Shown one piece after another: positions 50,173 to 58,327 of a stretch of DNA of 64,000 nucleotides. Location of the stretch: the NCBI GenBank assembly GCA_035420085.1, contig DAOLUH010000022.1, forward strand, positions 7,930 to 71,929, written 5' to 3'. The DNA comes from Anaerolineae bacterium. GTDB taxonomy: Bacteria > Chloroflexota > Anaerolineae > B4-G1 > SLSP01. Every line of letters begins with the position of its first letter. Within the stretch, counting starts at the first letter, position 1. A program made the position numbers and the translations under genes. The notes below the pieces were generated by a model. The model was not told the origin of the DNA and searched no databases. It was given only the letters and a program-made list of their open reading frames with translations.

Positions 50173-52962
50173 ATGGATCAGCAACGTTTACAGGAATTGG
50201 TGACACTCTTTTATCAAGAGATGCAGAATTCAACCCTACTGCAAGACCATATCGAAGATCATCGCAGGCGCAGTGAGCGCGTACACAGACTGCTGACCAC
50301 ACAGTATATCCCACAACTAACTGAAGATGAGTTGCGTGAGTTATTCTTCGATTCCGATGCCTTCGGCTTTTGGGGAAACAAAGAATGGGAGTTCAATGAC
50401 CGACTTCAGAAAACAGGTCTGGAAGAGATGCACAATATCCTCCTGGAACTTATTACGCGAGCGGAACAAGGATTAAAACCTGAGGATTTGCGCGCTATAT
50501 GGGAGATGAAAGGCCTGGGCACTTTGCTCTCCACTGAATTTTTGGCCTATCGCTATCCTGACCGCTATTGGACATATTCTGCCAATGTAACACTGAGCGC
50601 CCTGCAAAAACTCGGTGACAATGTACGTGATCAAATGCCGCGCGGACAAAAGTCCGATGCCTACCTGTATTTCGCCCTAGAATCGCGGCTTGCAGAAATA
50701 CGATCAGCTCTGCAAAATGTGGGGTTGCCGAATGTAGACAATTTGGTAGCAGATATCTTTTTATGGTGGGTTAACAAAAAAGAAAAGATGCCACCACTCC
50801 CAACAAATGAAACCTCTGAAAACATAGGAAACCAATCAGCAACTAACTTACCCACATCCCCACATCAGATATGGCTTTTCCAAGCAAACCCGAAGTATTT
50901 TGACTTAGTTGCTGCTCTATCCAAAGCAAAACCTGGGGAGATAGTAGATTGGACGGTAACAACCCACCGAGACGAAATGCAAGCTGGTGATATCGTGGTA
51001 CTTTGGCAAAGTGGTAGTCAAGGTGGCATTTGTGGTATCGCCGAATTGATCGATGAGCCTTACCAAAGAAAATCAACACCGAATGAGACAGAACTAAAAG
51101 AAAAACCATATCGTAAAGCAGATTGGTGGGTAGACCTTCGCATACTAACGACTCTTGCTACGCCGATTTCTAGATCTGAAGCTAAAGCAAATCCAGTATT
51201 ACAAAACCTGGGGGTTTTAAAATTCTCTCAGGGAACCAATTACCCGGTTCTACCCGAGGAATGGCAAGAAATTCGTCGGCTAATACAACAGAAATCCGCG
51301 CCTGTAGATACCGACAATGAAAAACAACTCATTGAGGCATTATTGCCTGATCCCCAAACGCGGTTTTCACACTTGCAATTGTCACTAAACTTCGAATTAG
51401 CAGACGTGTTAACCAATCACATAGCTTGCGAGAACTTATATTTCACCCCCTGGCAAATCGCCACCTTCTACACCGCCCTGCAAACCAAAGGCTTCGTCAT
51501 CCTCAGCGGCATCAGCGGAACGGGCAAAACCAAACTGGCGCAAGCGTTTGCGGATGCGCTGCCGCAACCGACGCAACGTGAGATAGCACTCGCAGATGAC
51601 GTTATCGCCGTGACGGTACAGCCGTATATGCGCAAGTATGGACGCCTCATTATCCCCAAACAAGCCACCCGTCTTTTCGACCCTCCGCCGCCCGGCGAGT
51701 CACAAGATGTAACGCTCAGATTTGAAAATACCAGCCAGGTATGCCGGTTTGTCCATGCCAGCTACGCTAATACGGACTATCTTTCTTTGATGTTTCGGGG
51801 CAAAGCACGCCAATGGTTCGTCAACACATTTGCCGAGGGCGATACGGTTGTCTTACAGCCAGAACTCAACAAAGAAGATACACTGGCCGGTTTCCAAATA
51901 AGCACGCAGGAGATGTTGGCGGCGCAAACGCCGACCAAACCGACCGGCGACGGGCAACGCAACGTGTTATTCGTCCCCGTCCGCACCGATTGGCGCGACA
52001 GCAAGAGTTTGCTCGGCTACTACAACCCGCTCACCGGCACGTATGAATGGACGCCGTTCCTGCGCTTCCTACTGCGGGCTGTCCAGAGCTATCGTGTCAG
52101 GGATGGCCTTGCCTGGTTCGTGATCCTCGATGAGATGAACCTGGCGCGGGTGGAGTACTACTTCGCCGACCTGCTCAGTGTCCTCGAATCGGGGCGCACC
52201 GCTGAAGGATGGACACGCGAGCCGTTGCGCCTGAGTTATCCCGATACGGCGGTAGGCGACTTGCCGCCGAAAGAACTCCCACTCCCGCCCAACATTTATG
52301 TCATCGGCACGGTCAATGTGGACGAGACGACGCACGCCTTTAGCCCTAAAGTGCTCGACCGGGCTTTTACGTTGGAATTGACCGACGCGGATTTTTCACG
52401 TTATCCGGCGACTACACCGACGCCCTTAGCCGATCTCGACGACGCACAGCGCCAGGCATTACTGCAAGCCTTCACCAACAACGGATCTTTTGCGCGCATT
52501 GACAAAGCCGCGATTGCCGCGTACGTCGCAGGCCATCCCAACACGCGGGAGCACTTGCGCATGTTGAATGCGCTCCTGCACCCCTACGACATGCATTTTG
52601 GTTATCGCGTGTTCGACGAGATTATCGCCTTCTTGCTGAACGCGGAGCGCAATAGCCTGTACGACAACACATTGCCTGGCGACGATCCCGCCTTTGACGC
52701 GGCGGTGCTGATGAAAATCCTGCCCAAATTCCACGGTTCACGCGGCAAGCTGGAACAACCGCTCAAGCAAGTATTGGCCTGGTGTTTGGATCCAGATGCG
52801 CCTTCCGAGGAGACCATCACGGATACGTTCAAAGATTTGGAAACTGGCGGTGATGTCACCCAAACACTCGCCAACTTGAACTATCGCTATCCCCGCACGG
52901 CAACGCGTGTGCAGCGGATGTTATGGGCGCTCTACACATCCGGTTTTGCGGCATTTGGATAA
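50173..52962 (+). CDS. McrB-like AAA+ GTPase fused to an unknown N-terminal domain and an EVE (PUA-like) module, with a ~135-aa insertion after Walker A
   Basis: ATG at 50173 after GGAGG. EVE-like IWLFQANPKYFDL..GDIVVLWQSG..GICGIAEL. Walker A GISGTGKT (51508-51531). VLFVPVRTDW..LLGYYNP. Walker B FVILDEMNLA. NVDETTHAFSPKVLDRAF. Confidence 0.85.
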   Translation: MDQQRLQELVTLFYQEMQNSTLLQDHIEDHRRRSERVHRLLTTQYIPQLTEDELRELFFDSDAFGFWGNKEWEFNDRLQKTGLEEMHNILLELITRAEQGLKPEDLRAIWEMKGLGTLLSTEFLAYRYPDRYWTYSANVTLSALQKLGDNVRDQMPRGQKSDAYLYFALESRLAEIRSALQNVGLPNVDNLVADIFLWWVNKKEKMPPLPTNETSENIGNQSATNLPTSPHQIWLFQANPKYFDLVAALSKAKPGEIVDWTVTTHRDEMQAGDIVVLWQSGSQGGICGIAELIDEPYQRKSTPNETELKEKPYRKADWWVDLRILTTLATPISRSEAKANPVLQNLGVLKFSQGTNYPVLPEEWQEIRRLIQQKSAPVDTDNEKQLIEALLPDPQTRFSHLQLSLNFELADVLTNHIACENLYFTPWQIATFYTALQTKGFVILSGISGTGKTKLAQAFADALPQPTQREIALADDVIAVTVQPYMRKYGRLIIPKQATRLFDPPPPGESQDVTLRFENTSQVCRFVHASYANTDYLSLMFRGKARQWFVNTFAEGDTVVLQPELNKEDTLAGFQISTQEMLAAQTPTKPTGDGQRNVLFVPVRTDWRDSKSLLGYYNPLTGTYEWTPFLRFLLRAVQSYRVRDGLAWFVILDEMNLARVEYYFADLLSVLESGRTAEGWTREPLRLSYPDTAVGDLPPKELPLPPNIYVIGTVNVDETTHAFSPKVLDRAFTLELTDADFSRYPATTPTPLADLDDAQRQALLQAFTNNGSFARIDKAAIAAYVAGHPNTREHLRMLNALLHPYDMHFGYRVFDEIIAFLLNAERNSLYDNTLPGDDPAFDAAVLMKILPKFHGSRGKLEQPLKQVLAWCLDPDAPSEETITDTFKDLETGGDVTQTLANLNYRYPRTATRVQRMLWALYTSGFAAFG

Positions 52963-52987
52963 ATCATTCAACTCAAGGAGCGGAACA

Positions 52988-54079
52988 ATGGACTCTCCGT
53001 CTTTACGCGACAAATTCTTCGGCTGCATCGCCGGCGTGCACATCGGCTCGGCGATGGCGGCGCCGGTGGAGGGCTGGCCTTATGAGCGCATCGAGGCCGA
53101 GTACGGCACGCTGGACCGCTTCTTGCCCTACCATCACTACCGCGCCACCACCGATTGGGTGCGCGAGCCGGGCACGACGGAGGACGGCGTGGAACGGCAG
53201 AAGCTCATCATCACGGCCATCATACGCAAGCAGGACCGCATCACGGCGGAAGACTTGCGCGCCGTGTGGGTGACGGATATGAACCCCAACGGCGCCGGCG
53301 TCGTCTCCGAGCCGTTCGAGGGGCCGCTGTTGGCGATGGCGAAGACGCCCATCCCCGCGCGCGACCTGGGCCGCTATTGCGACTACGCCGGGCTGGTCTC
53401 GTTCGCCCGCTCGTGCCATCCCGTGGGACTGATCAATGCAGGCGACGTGGAAGGCGCGCTGGAGGACATTCTGGAGGTCGGGCAGGTCTACCAGACCGCC
53501 AACAGCCGGGGCTTGCAGTGGGCCGCCGTCACCGGCGTCGCCATCGCCGCCGCGACCAAACCAGAGGCGACGGTGGATAGCGTGCTCGGCACGGTCTTCG
53601 ATGTTTGCGGGACGTTCCAGGCGCGCGTGGGTCAGGATGCCGGCGTCGTCCGCGAGCTTGACCGCGCGCTCAAGCTCACCGCCACCTGCCAGGACTTCCG
53701 TGAGCTGCGCGCGGCCTTCGACCCCCTCTACAGCGGGACGGGTATCCCCTACGCGCAGAGCTACGCCAATGAGGTTGTCACGAAAGCGGTGTGCATCTTC
53801 CGCATGGTCAAGGGCAATCTGCGCGAGGCGATTGTGGCGGGCGTCAATATGGGGCGCGATACCGACTGTATGAGCGCCGTCGCCGCCGGGATTTCCGGCG
53901 CGCTCACTGGCAACGCGGGCCTGCCGGAGGCGTGGGTACAGCAGGTGGATTACGCCACAAGCGTCAACCCGTACACTAACTCGCAGCGCACCCTGCGCGA
54001 GCACGCGGATGGCCTCTACGAAGCATTCCAGGCGCGCGTGAAGAAGCTCCGTGCCTTTACCCAAACAATGGATTACTGA
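52988..54079 (+). CDS. ADP-ribosylglycohydrolase family protein
   Basis: AAGGAG RBS. FFGCIAGVHIGSAMAAPVEGW and GVNMGRDTDCMSAVAAGISGALTG. 363 aa. Confidence 0.8.
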   Translation: MDSPSLRDKFFGCIAGVHIGSAMAAPVEGWPYERIEAEYGTLDRFLPYHHYRATTDWVREPGTTEDGVERQKLIITAIIRKQDRITAEDLRAVWVTDMNPNGAGVVSEPFEGPLLAMAKTPIPARDLGRYCDYAGLVSFARSCHPVGLINAGDVEGALEDILEVGQVYQTANSRGLQWAAVTGVAIAAATKPEATVDSVLGTVFDVCGTFQARVGQDAGVVRELDRALKLTATCQDFRELRAAFDPLYSGTGIPYAQSYANEVVTKAVCIFRMVKGNLREAIVAGVNMGRDTDCMSAVAAGISGALTGNAGLPEAWVQQVDYATSVNPYTNSQRTLREHADGLYEAFQARVKKLRAFTQTMDY

Positions 54080-54086
54080 AGCGCTT

Positions 54087-54122
54087 CAGACCTGACAGGT
54101 TTTCTGAAACCTGTCAGGTCTG
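54087..54122. terminator. Perfect 16-bp hairpin CAGACCTGACAGGTTT-TCTG-AAACCTGTCAGGTCTG between convergent genes
   Basis: Read directly. Lies 8 nt after the ARH stop and abuts the GT39 stop (54123-54125). Confidence 0.6.
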
Positions 54123-55757
54123 TTATTCACCGCCCCACGCTTGCGCTCGCGCGCTCAACAAAAACACGTACACCCGCGCCCCGTTCTCGCGGAATTCGAG
54201 CGGGTCGTAGGCGTTCTCGAAAGCCAGATAGGGAACGCTAGCAAACAGCGCATCGTAGAAAGCTTTCTCCTGCGCGTACACGTCCGGGGTCGCGTAGAAG
54301 CGGTTGAACATCCCCGATCCGGCGATGACCACGTCGTAGCCACGCCGCTGAAAGTAGGCCAGGTCGGTGGAGAGCGTGGTGAGGGTGGCGATGTATTCCA
54401 CGTCGGCGCAGGCCGGGTCAACGTAGACGGTGTACGACTCGGCCACACTCTTGAGTGTGTCCAAAGCACGACAGCCCTCCGCGGTCGCCAACCGCTGGTC
54501 GAACCAACGTTGCGCCTGCGCGCGGCCGCTCGGTTTGGGGCTTTGCAGGAGCGGTGGCAGCTTCACCAGCGAGGGGAGCAGCAGAATCAGCGAGAAGAGA
54601 ATCAGTGAAGAGAGAATCGGCGATGGCGGGAAGGAGGGCTTGCGGCTGGATGCCCGCAGGTCTGCCAGCACATCCACCGCCGCCCCCACCCCGGCGATCA
54701 GCAGCACGAGCGCCGGCAGCACGTTGCGGTCGAAGTGGACGGCTTGCCCGCCGATCAACACGAAGTAGAGGATAACGAAAGCCGTCGGCGGCGCGGCAAT
54801 GCGTTTTATCCGCCACAACGCCAGCGCGATGCCGGGAACGCCCACCAGCAGGTAAAAGGGATTGCTCCGCCACAGGTAGCCCAGATACCAGAGGAAACTG
54901 CTGCCGGTCACGCCCAGATGCCCCGTGGCGTAGTGGCGTATCTCGCTGCGGATGGCGGGGAACGCCGCGCCCGCGTCCAGCAGCACAAACGGCGAGGTGA
55001 GGGCGAAGGCGGCGCAAAACAGAACGCCGCTTAACAGCACGCGCTTTGCTTTCTCGCGCCAGGCTCCGGTCAGTAACAGGCCAGTGAATCCCACTGAAAC
55101 GGCTAACACGGCGTAGTTGTACTTGCACGATGTCGCCAGCCCGCCGCAGATTGCCGCCGCCCACAGCCAGCGGCGTGCGCGGACGCCGTCGTCGCACGCC
55201 AACGCCTCAGCGCACGCCGCCAATGTCGCCACGACGAAGGCCGTAGCGATTACGTCCACGGTCATATAGTGCGAGAGCTGCACGTGCGGCAGCGAGACCG
55301 CCAGCAATAGCGCGGCCAGCAACGCGCCCCATATCCGCCGCGTCAAGCGCCGCGCCAACGCGAAGAGCAGCGCCACCGTCGCCGTTCCAATCACCGCGGT
55401 AACGGCGCGCCCCAGGAGCAACAACGCCGGCGTCCCCACCCGTCCCACCGACATCTGCAACGTGTGAATCGGCTGCACGTCGGCGAGCGAGGTGAACGCG
55501 CCGGTCAAGCGCCCCACCCCATAACCCACGTAGAAGACCGCCGCGTTCAGGTAAATGGTCAGGCTCGGATAGTTAAAGAAATGCGGGTTCAGGTCGCCGG
55601 TCGTGACAATGTTGATTGCGGGGTTGTACTGCGTCGGTTCGTCCGTGTGCGCCAGATAGGGCAGTTCCATACCAAAATCCAGCCGCCACAGGCGCAGAAG
55701 GAGCGCCAGGACGAAAATGAAAATAAGCCATACGCGCGTTCGGTGTTCTTTAGTCAT
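54123..55757 (-). CDS. GT39 / ArnT-PMT_2-like membrane glycosyltransferase
   Basis: LRLWRLDFGMELPYLAHTDEPTQY (D-E loop after TM1). About 12 TM segments. 544 aa. Confidence 0.75.
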   Translation of the reverse strand: MTKEHRTRVWLIFIFVLALLLRLWRLDFGMELPYLAHTDEPTQYNPAINIVTTGDLNPHFFNYPSLTIYLNAAVFYVGYGVGRLTGAFTSLADVQPIHTLQMSVGRVGTPALLLLGRAVTAVIGTATVALLFALARRLTRRIWGALLAALLLAVSLPHVQLSHYMTVDVIATAFVVATLAACAEALACDDGVRARRWLWAAAICGGLATSCKYNYAVLAVSVGFTGLLLTGAWREKAKRVLLSGVLFCAAFALTSPFVLLDAGAAFPAIRSEIRHYATGHLGVTGSSFLWYLGYLWRSNPFYLLVGVPGIALALWRIKRIAAPPTAFVILYFVLIGGQAVHFDRNVLPALVLLIAGVGAAVDVLADLRASSRKPSFPPSPILSSLILFSLILLLPSLVKLPPLLQSPKPSGRAQAQRWFDQRLATAEGCRALDTLKSVAESYTVYVDPACADVEYIATLTTLSTDLAYFQRRGYDVVIAGSGMFNRFYATPDVYAQEKAFYDALFASVPYLAFENAYDPLEFRENGARVYVFLLSARAQAWGGE

Positions 55758-55869
55758 TCTTCAGGACAAAGTCCCTTTGAGAGATTGGAATCCAGCCCGC
55801 AGGGCTTCGCGCTTTCAGCGCAGCGGCTTCAGCCCGGCGCATCATCCCGGCAGCCCAGCGCGCGCGACC

Positions 55870-57429
55870 TCAGGCATTACGCTTGCGCAGCACCATCCCC
55901 ACTACCTGTTTCAATTCTTCGATGCGCAACGCCAGCGCGAGCACAGCGTAGACGAGGACGCCCACAACCACCCCACCCACGCTCTGCACGAGCGCGCTTT
56001 CCGGCGCGATACGCATCCAGCCCCACAGCGCGATGCCCATGCCCACGGAGGCGAGCAGGACGCGCAGCGCCTGCCCTGCCAGACCGCGCGCGTCGAAGCC
56101 GCCGATGCGCCGGTAGATCAACGCCAGCAGCAACGACATCTGCACCGTCAACGCCAGCGCCATAGCCAGGGCGAGACCGCCATGCGCCGCCCGGCCACAT
56201 GCAGCGAAGAGCGACGGCAGCGTCAGCCCCAAAGCCAGGTTCAACGCCACGGAGAGCAGCGCCGCCAGCGCGGGGGTCCACGTGTCGTGCAGCGCGTAGA
56301 AAGCCCGCGCCAGCACCTCGATGGCTGACATCCCCACCAGGCCAACGGCGTAGAAGATCAACGCCCAGGCCACGGCCTGCGTCGAGGCTGCATCGAATTC
56401 GCCGCGCTGGAACATCACCGCGATGATGGGTTGGCCCAGCGTCATCAGCCCCACCGCCGCGGGCAGCGTCACGGCGACAATGACGCGCAACATCAGGGTG
56501 AGCGTCTGGCGGAGCGCTCCGGTCTCGCCGCGCGCAGCCTGCGCCGCGAACGTCGGAAAGACCGCCGTCCCCACGGCCTGCGCGAACACGCCCTGCGGTA
56601 GCAGCATAATTAGCCAGGCATATTCCAGCGCCGCAATCGCGCCCGCCCCTAAGCGCGAGGCCAGGTTATTGGTGACGAGCATGTTCACCTGCACCGCCGC
56701 CACGCCCAAAACGCGCGGGGCCATCAACGCGCCCACTTCGACCACGCCGGGATCGCCGCGCCCCACAATCGGCCAATAACGCGCGCCATAGCGGATAAGG
56801 CCCGGAACCTGGATCAGCAGGTGCGCCACTGCGCCAACGACCGTCCCAATCGCCGGCCCCATTGGCCCCAGGCCGGTCTCGCCGCCCCAGATCCCGCCGC
56901 CGATGAGCGCCAGGTTGTACAGAATCGGCGCAATCGCCGGGAGCAGAAAATGTTGGTGCGCGTTGAGGATGCCCATCACTACGCCGCTGACACCAAAAAT
57001 CGCCGTCGAGAGCAGCATCACCCGCATCAACGCCGCGATCTGCGCTTGCACGTCGGGCGCAAGCGCGGGCGCGATCAACGTCCGCACCAGCCACGGCGCA
57101 AAGGCGATGCACAGCAGGCTCAACGGGACGAGGACAATCAGGAGGATGTTGATCACCGCTGAGGCCAGCTTCCACGCGGATTCGGTCTCGCCGCGCGCCA
57201 ACCGCCCGGTGAACAGCGGGATGAAGGCCGAGCCGAGCGCGCCGCCAGCCACGACGAAGAAGATCGCTTCGGGGATGCGTTGCGCCGCGACGTAGGCATC
57301 CATCGCCGCGCCCGTACCGAAGTAGCGCCCAAAGACGATCTGCCGCACCAGCCCCAAAACCCGGCTGACAGCAAATGCCGCCATCACCAGGACGGCGGCC
57401 CGCGCAACATGGCGTTGTGTGTTTTCCAT
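55870..57429 (-). CDS. murJ: Lipid II flippase MurJ
   Basis: Start MENTQRHVARAA. SRVLGLVRQIVFGRYFGTGAAMDAYVAAQRIPE. 14-TM pattern. Confidence 0.9.
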   Translation of the reverse strand: MENTQRHVARAAVLVMAAFAVSRVLGLVRQIVFGRYFGTGAAMDAYVAAQRIPEAIFFVVAGGALGSAFIPLFTGRLARGETESAWKLASAVINILLIVLVPLSLLCIAFAPWLVRTLIAPALAPDVQAQIAALMRVMLLSTAIFGVSGVVMGILNAHQHFLLPAIAPILYNLALIGGGIWGGETGLGPMGPAIGTVVGAVAHLLIQVPGLIRYGARYWPIVGRGDPGVVEVGALMAPRVLGVAAVQVNMLVTNNLASRLGAGAIAALEYAWLIMLLPQGVFAQAVGTAVFPTFAAQAARGETGALRQTLTLMLRVIVAVTLPAAVGLMTLGQPIIAVMFQRGEFDAASTQAVAWALIFYAVGLVGMSAIEVLARAFYALHDTWTPALAALLSVALNLALGLTLPSLFAACGRAAHGGLALAMALALTVQMSLLLALIYRRIGGFDARGLAGQALRVLLASVGMGIALWGWMRIAPESALVQSVGGVVVGVLVYAVLALALRIEELKQVVGMVLRKRNA

Positions 57430-57457
57430 AAGAGGGATTATAACCGATTTTTCACGC

Positions 57458-57482
57458 CCTGGCGAAGGAAACCTTCGCCAGG
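57458..57482 (-). terminator. 11-bp hairpin CCTGGCGAAGG-AAA-CCTTCGCCAGG between the MBL gene and murJ (variant of the CTTCGCAAGG family)
   Basis: Read directly. Confidence 0.45.
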
Positions 57483-57497
57483 ATCGCGTCAAGGGTC

Positions 57498-58280
57498 TCA
57501 CCAGGGGTAGAGCTTGAATTCCTCGGCCAGTTCCACCGGACCGCTGAAGGTTTTCGCAGCTTCAGAGAGCGCGTAAGCCATTGCAGCAGGGGTTGTATGG
57601 TAGTGGATCAATACCAAACGCTCCACACCCGCCCGCGTCGCCAATGCGCCGGCTGCGCCAGGCCGGGTGTGATTTCTGTCCGAATCCGTCGCTTCGTGGA
57701 AGAGCAACGCGGCCCCGTTCGCCAGGCACTCCACTTCGGGGCACGGGAACGTATCGCTCGAATAGACAAACGCGCGCCCATTATCGCGCCGGGTAAAGCG
57801 CAGCGCAATGGAAGGGACAGAGTGGAACGTCGGCGCTGCCGTCACCGTGAAATCTGCGTCTTCTGCCACCAGCGCGCCGACTTCCAGCGGGATGTCGTGG
57901 TACGCAAGCGCCAAAGGCGCGATCCAGCTCTGGCCGGTGTACAGCCCGATCATATCGCGCACCAACGGCGACACCTCAGGACGCGCGTAAATCGTCAGCG
58001 GCTCGGAGCGGGGCTGCCCATCCGCCAACATAAATAAGCCCAGCAAAAAGGCAGGCAAACCATACACATGATCCGGGTGGAAATGTGTGAGGATGACGCC
58101 GCGCACGGTCAGGGGATCAATGCCCGCACGTTGCAAGCGTCCGATGGGGCTATCGGCGCAATCAACCAGCCAGTAACCGTTGCGTCCGGCCACAGCCAGA
58201 TAAGAATTGGCATATCCGGCATCGGCCAACGCCGCTGCAACACCCAGGGGGACGATGTAGGGGCAGTACGTCTCAGTCAT
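57498..58280 (-). CDS. MBL-fold metallo-hydrolase
   Basis: Start MTETYCPYIV after GGAGGG. HFHPDHVYGL. Confidence 0.8.
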   Translation of the reverse strand: MTETYCPYIVPLGVAAALADAGYANSYLAVAGRNGYWLVDCADSPIGRLQRAGIDPLTVRGVILTHFHPDHVYGLPAFLLGLFMLADGQPRSEPLTIYARPEVSPLVRDMIGLYTGQSWIAPLALAYHDIPLEVGALVAEDADFTVTAAPTFHSVPSIALRFTRRDNGRAFVYSSDTFPCPEVECLANGAALLFHEATDSDRNHTRPGAAGALATRAGVERLVLIHYHTTPAAMAYALSEAAKTFSGPVELAEEFKLYPW

Positions 58281-58327
58281 CCTCGCCCTCCATATTCGAC
58301 GGATAAAACAGAAAAATGATCGCCAAT

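Noticed and set aside
53003-54064. 353-aa ORF antisense to the ADP-ribosylglycohydrolase gene
   Set aside because: Same high-GC artefact. The + strand has ARH motifs and an AAGGAG RBS.
48027-54122. Integrase, transposase or tRNA attachment site flanking the lower-GC defence islet
   Set aside because: I read both flanks and found only hairpin repeats. I recognised no recombinase ORF, no tRNA-like cloverleaf and no direct repeats, so no mobile element is called.
55758-55869. Possible small RNA or riboswitch between murJ and the GT39 gene
   Set aside because: There is only a weak 5-bp stem (AGCCC/GGGCT) and GC-rich sequence. I recognised no conserved riboswitch core and have no covariation evidence.
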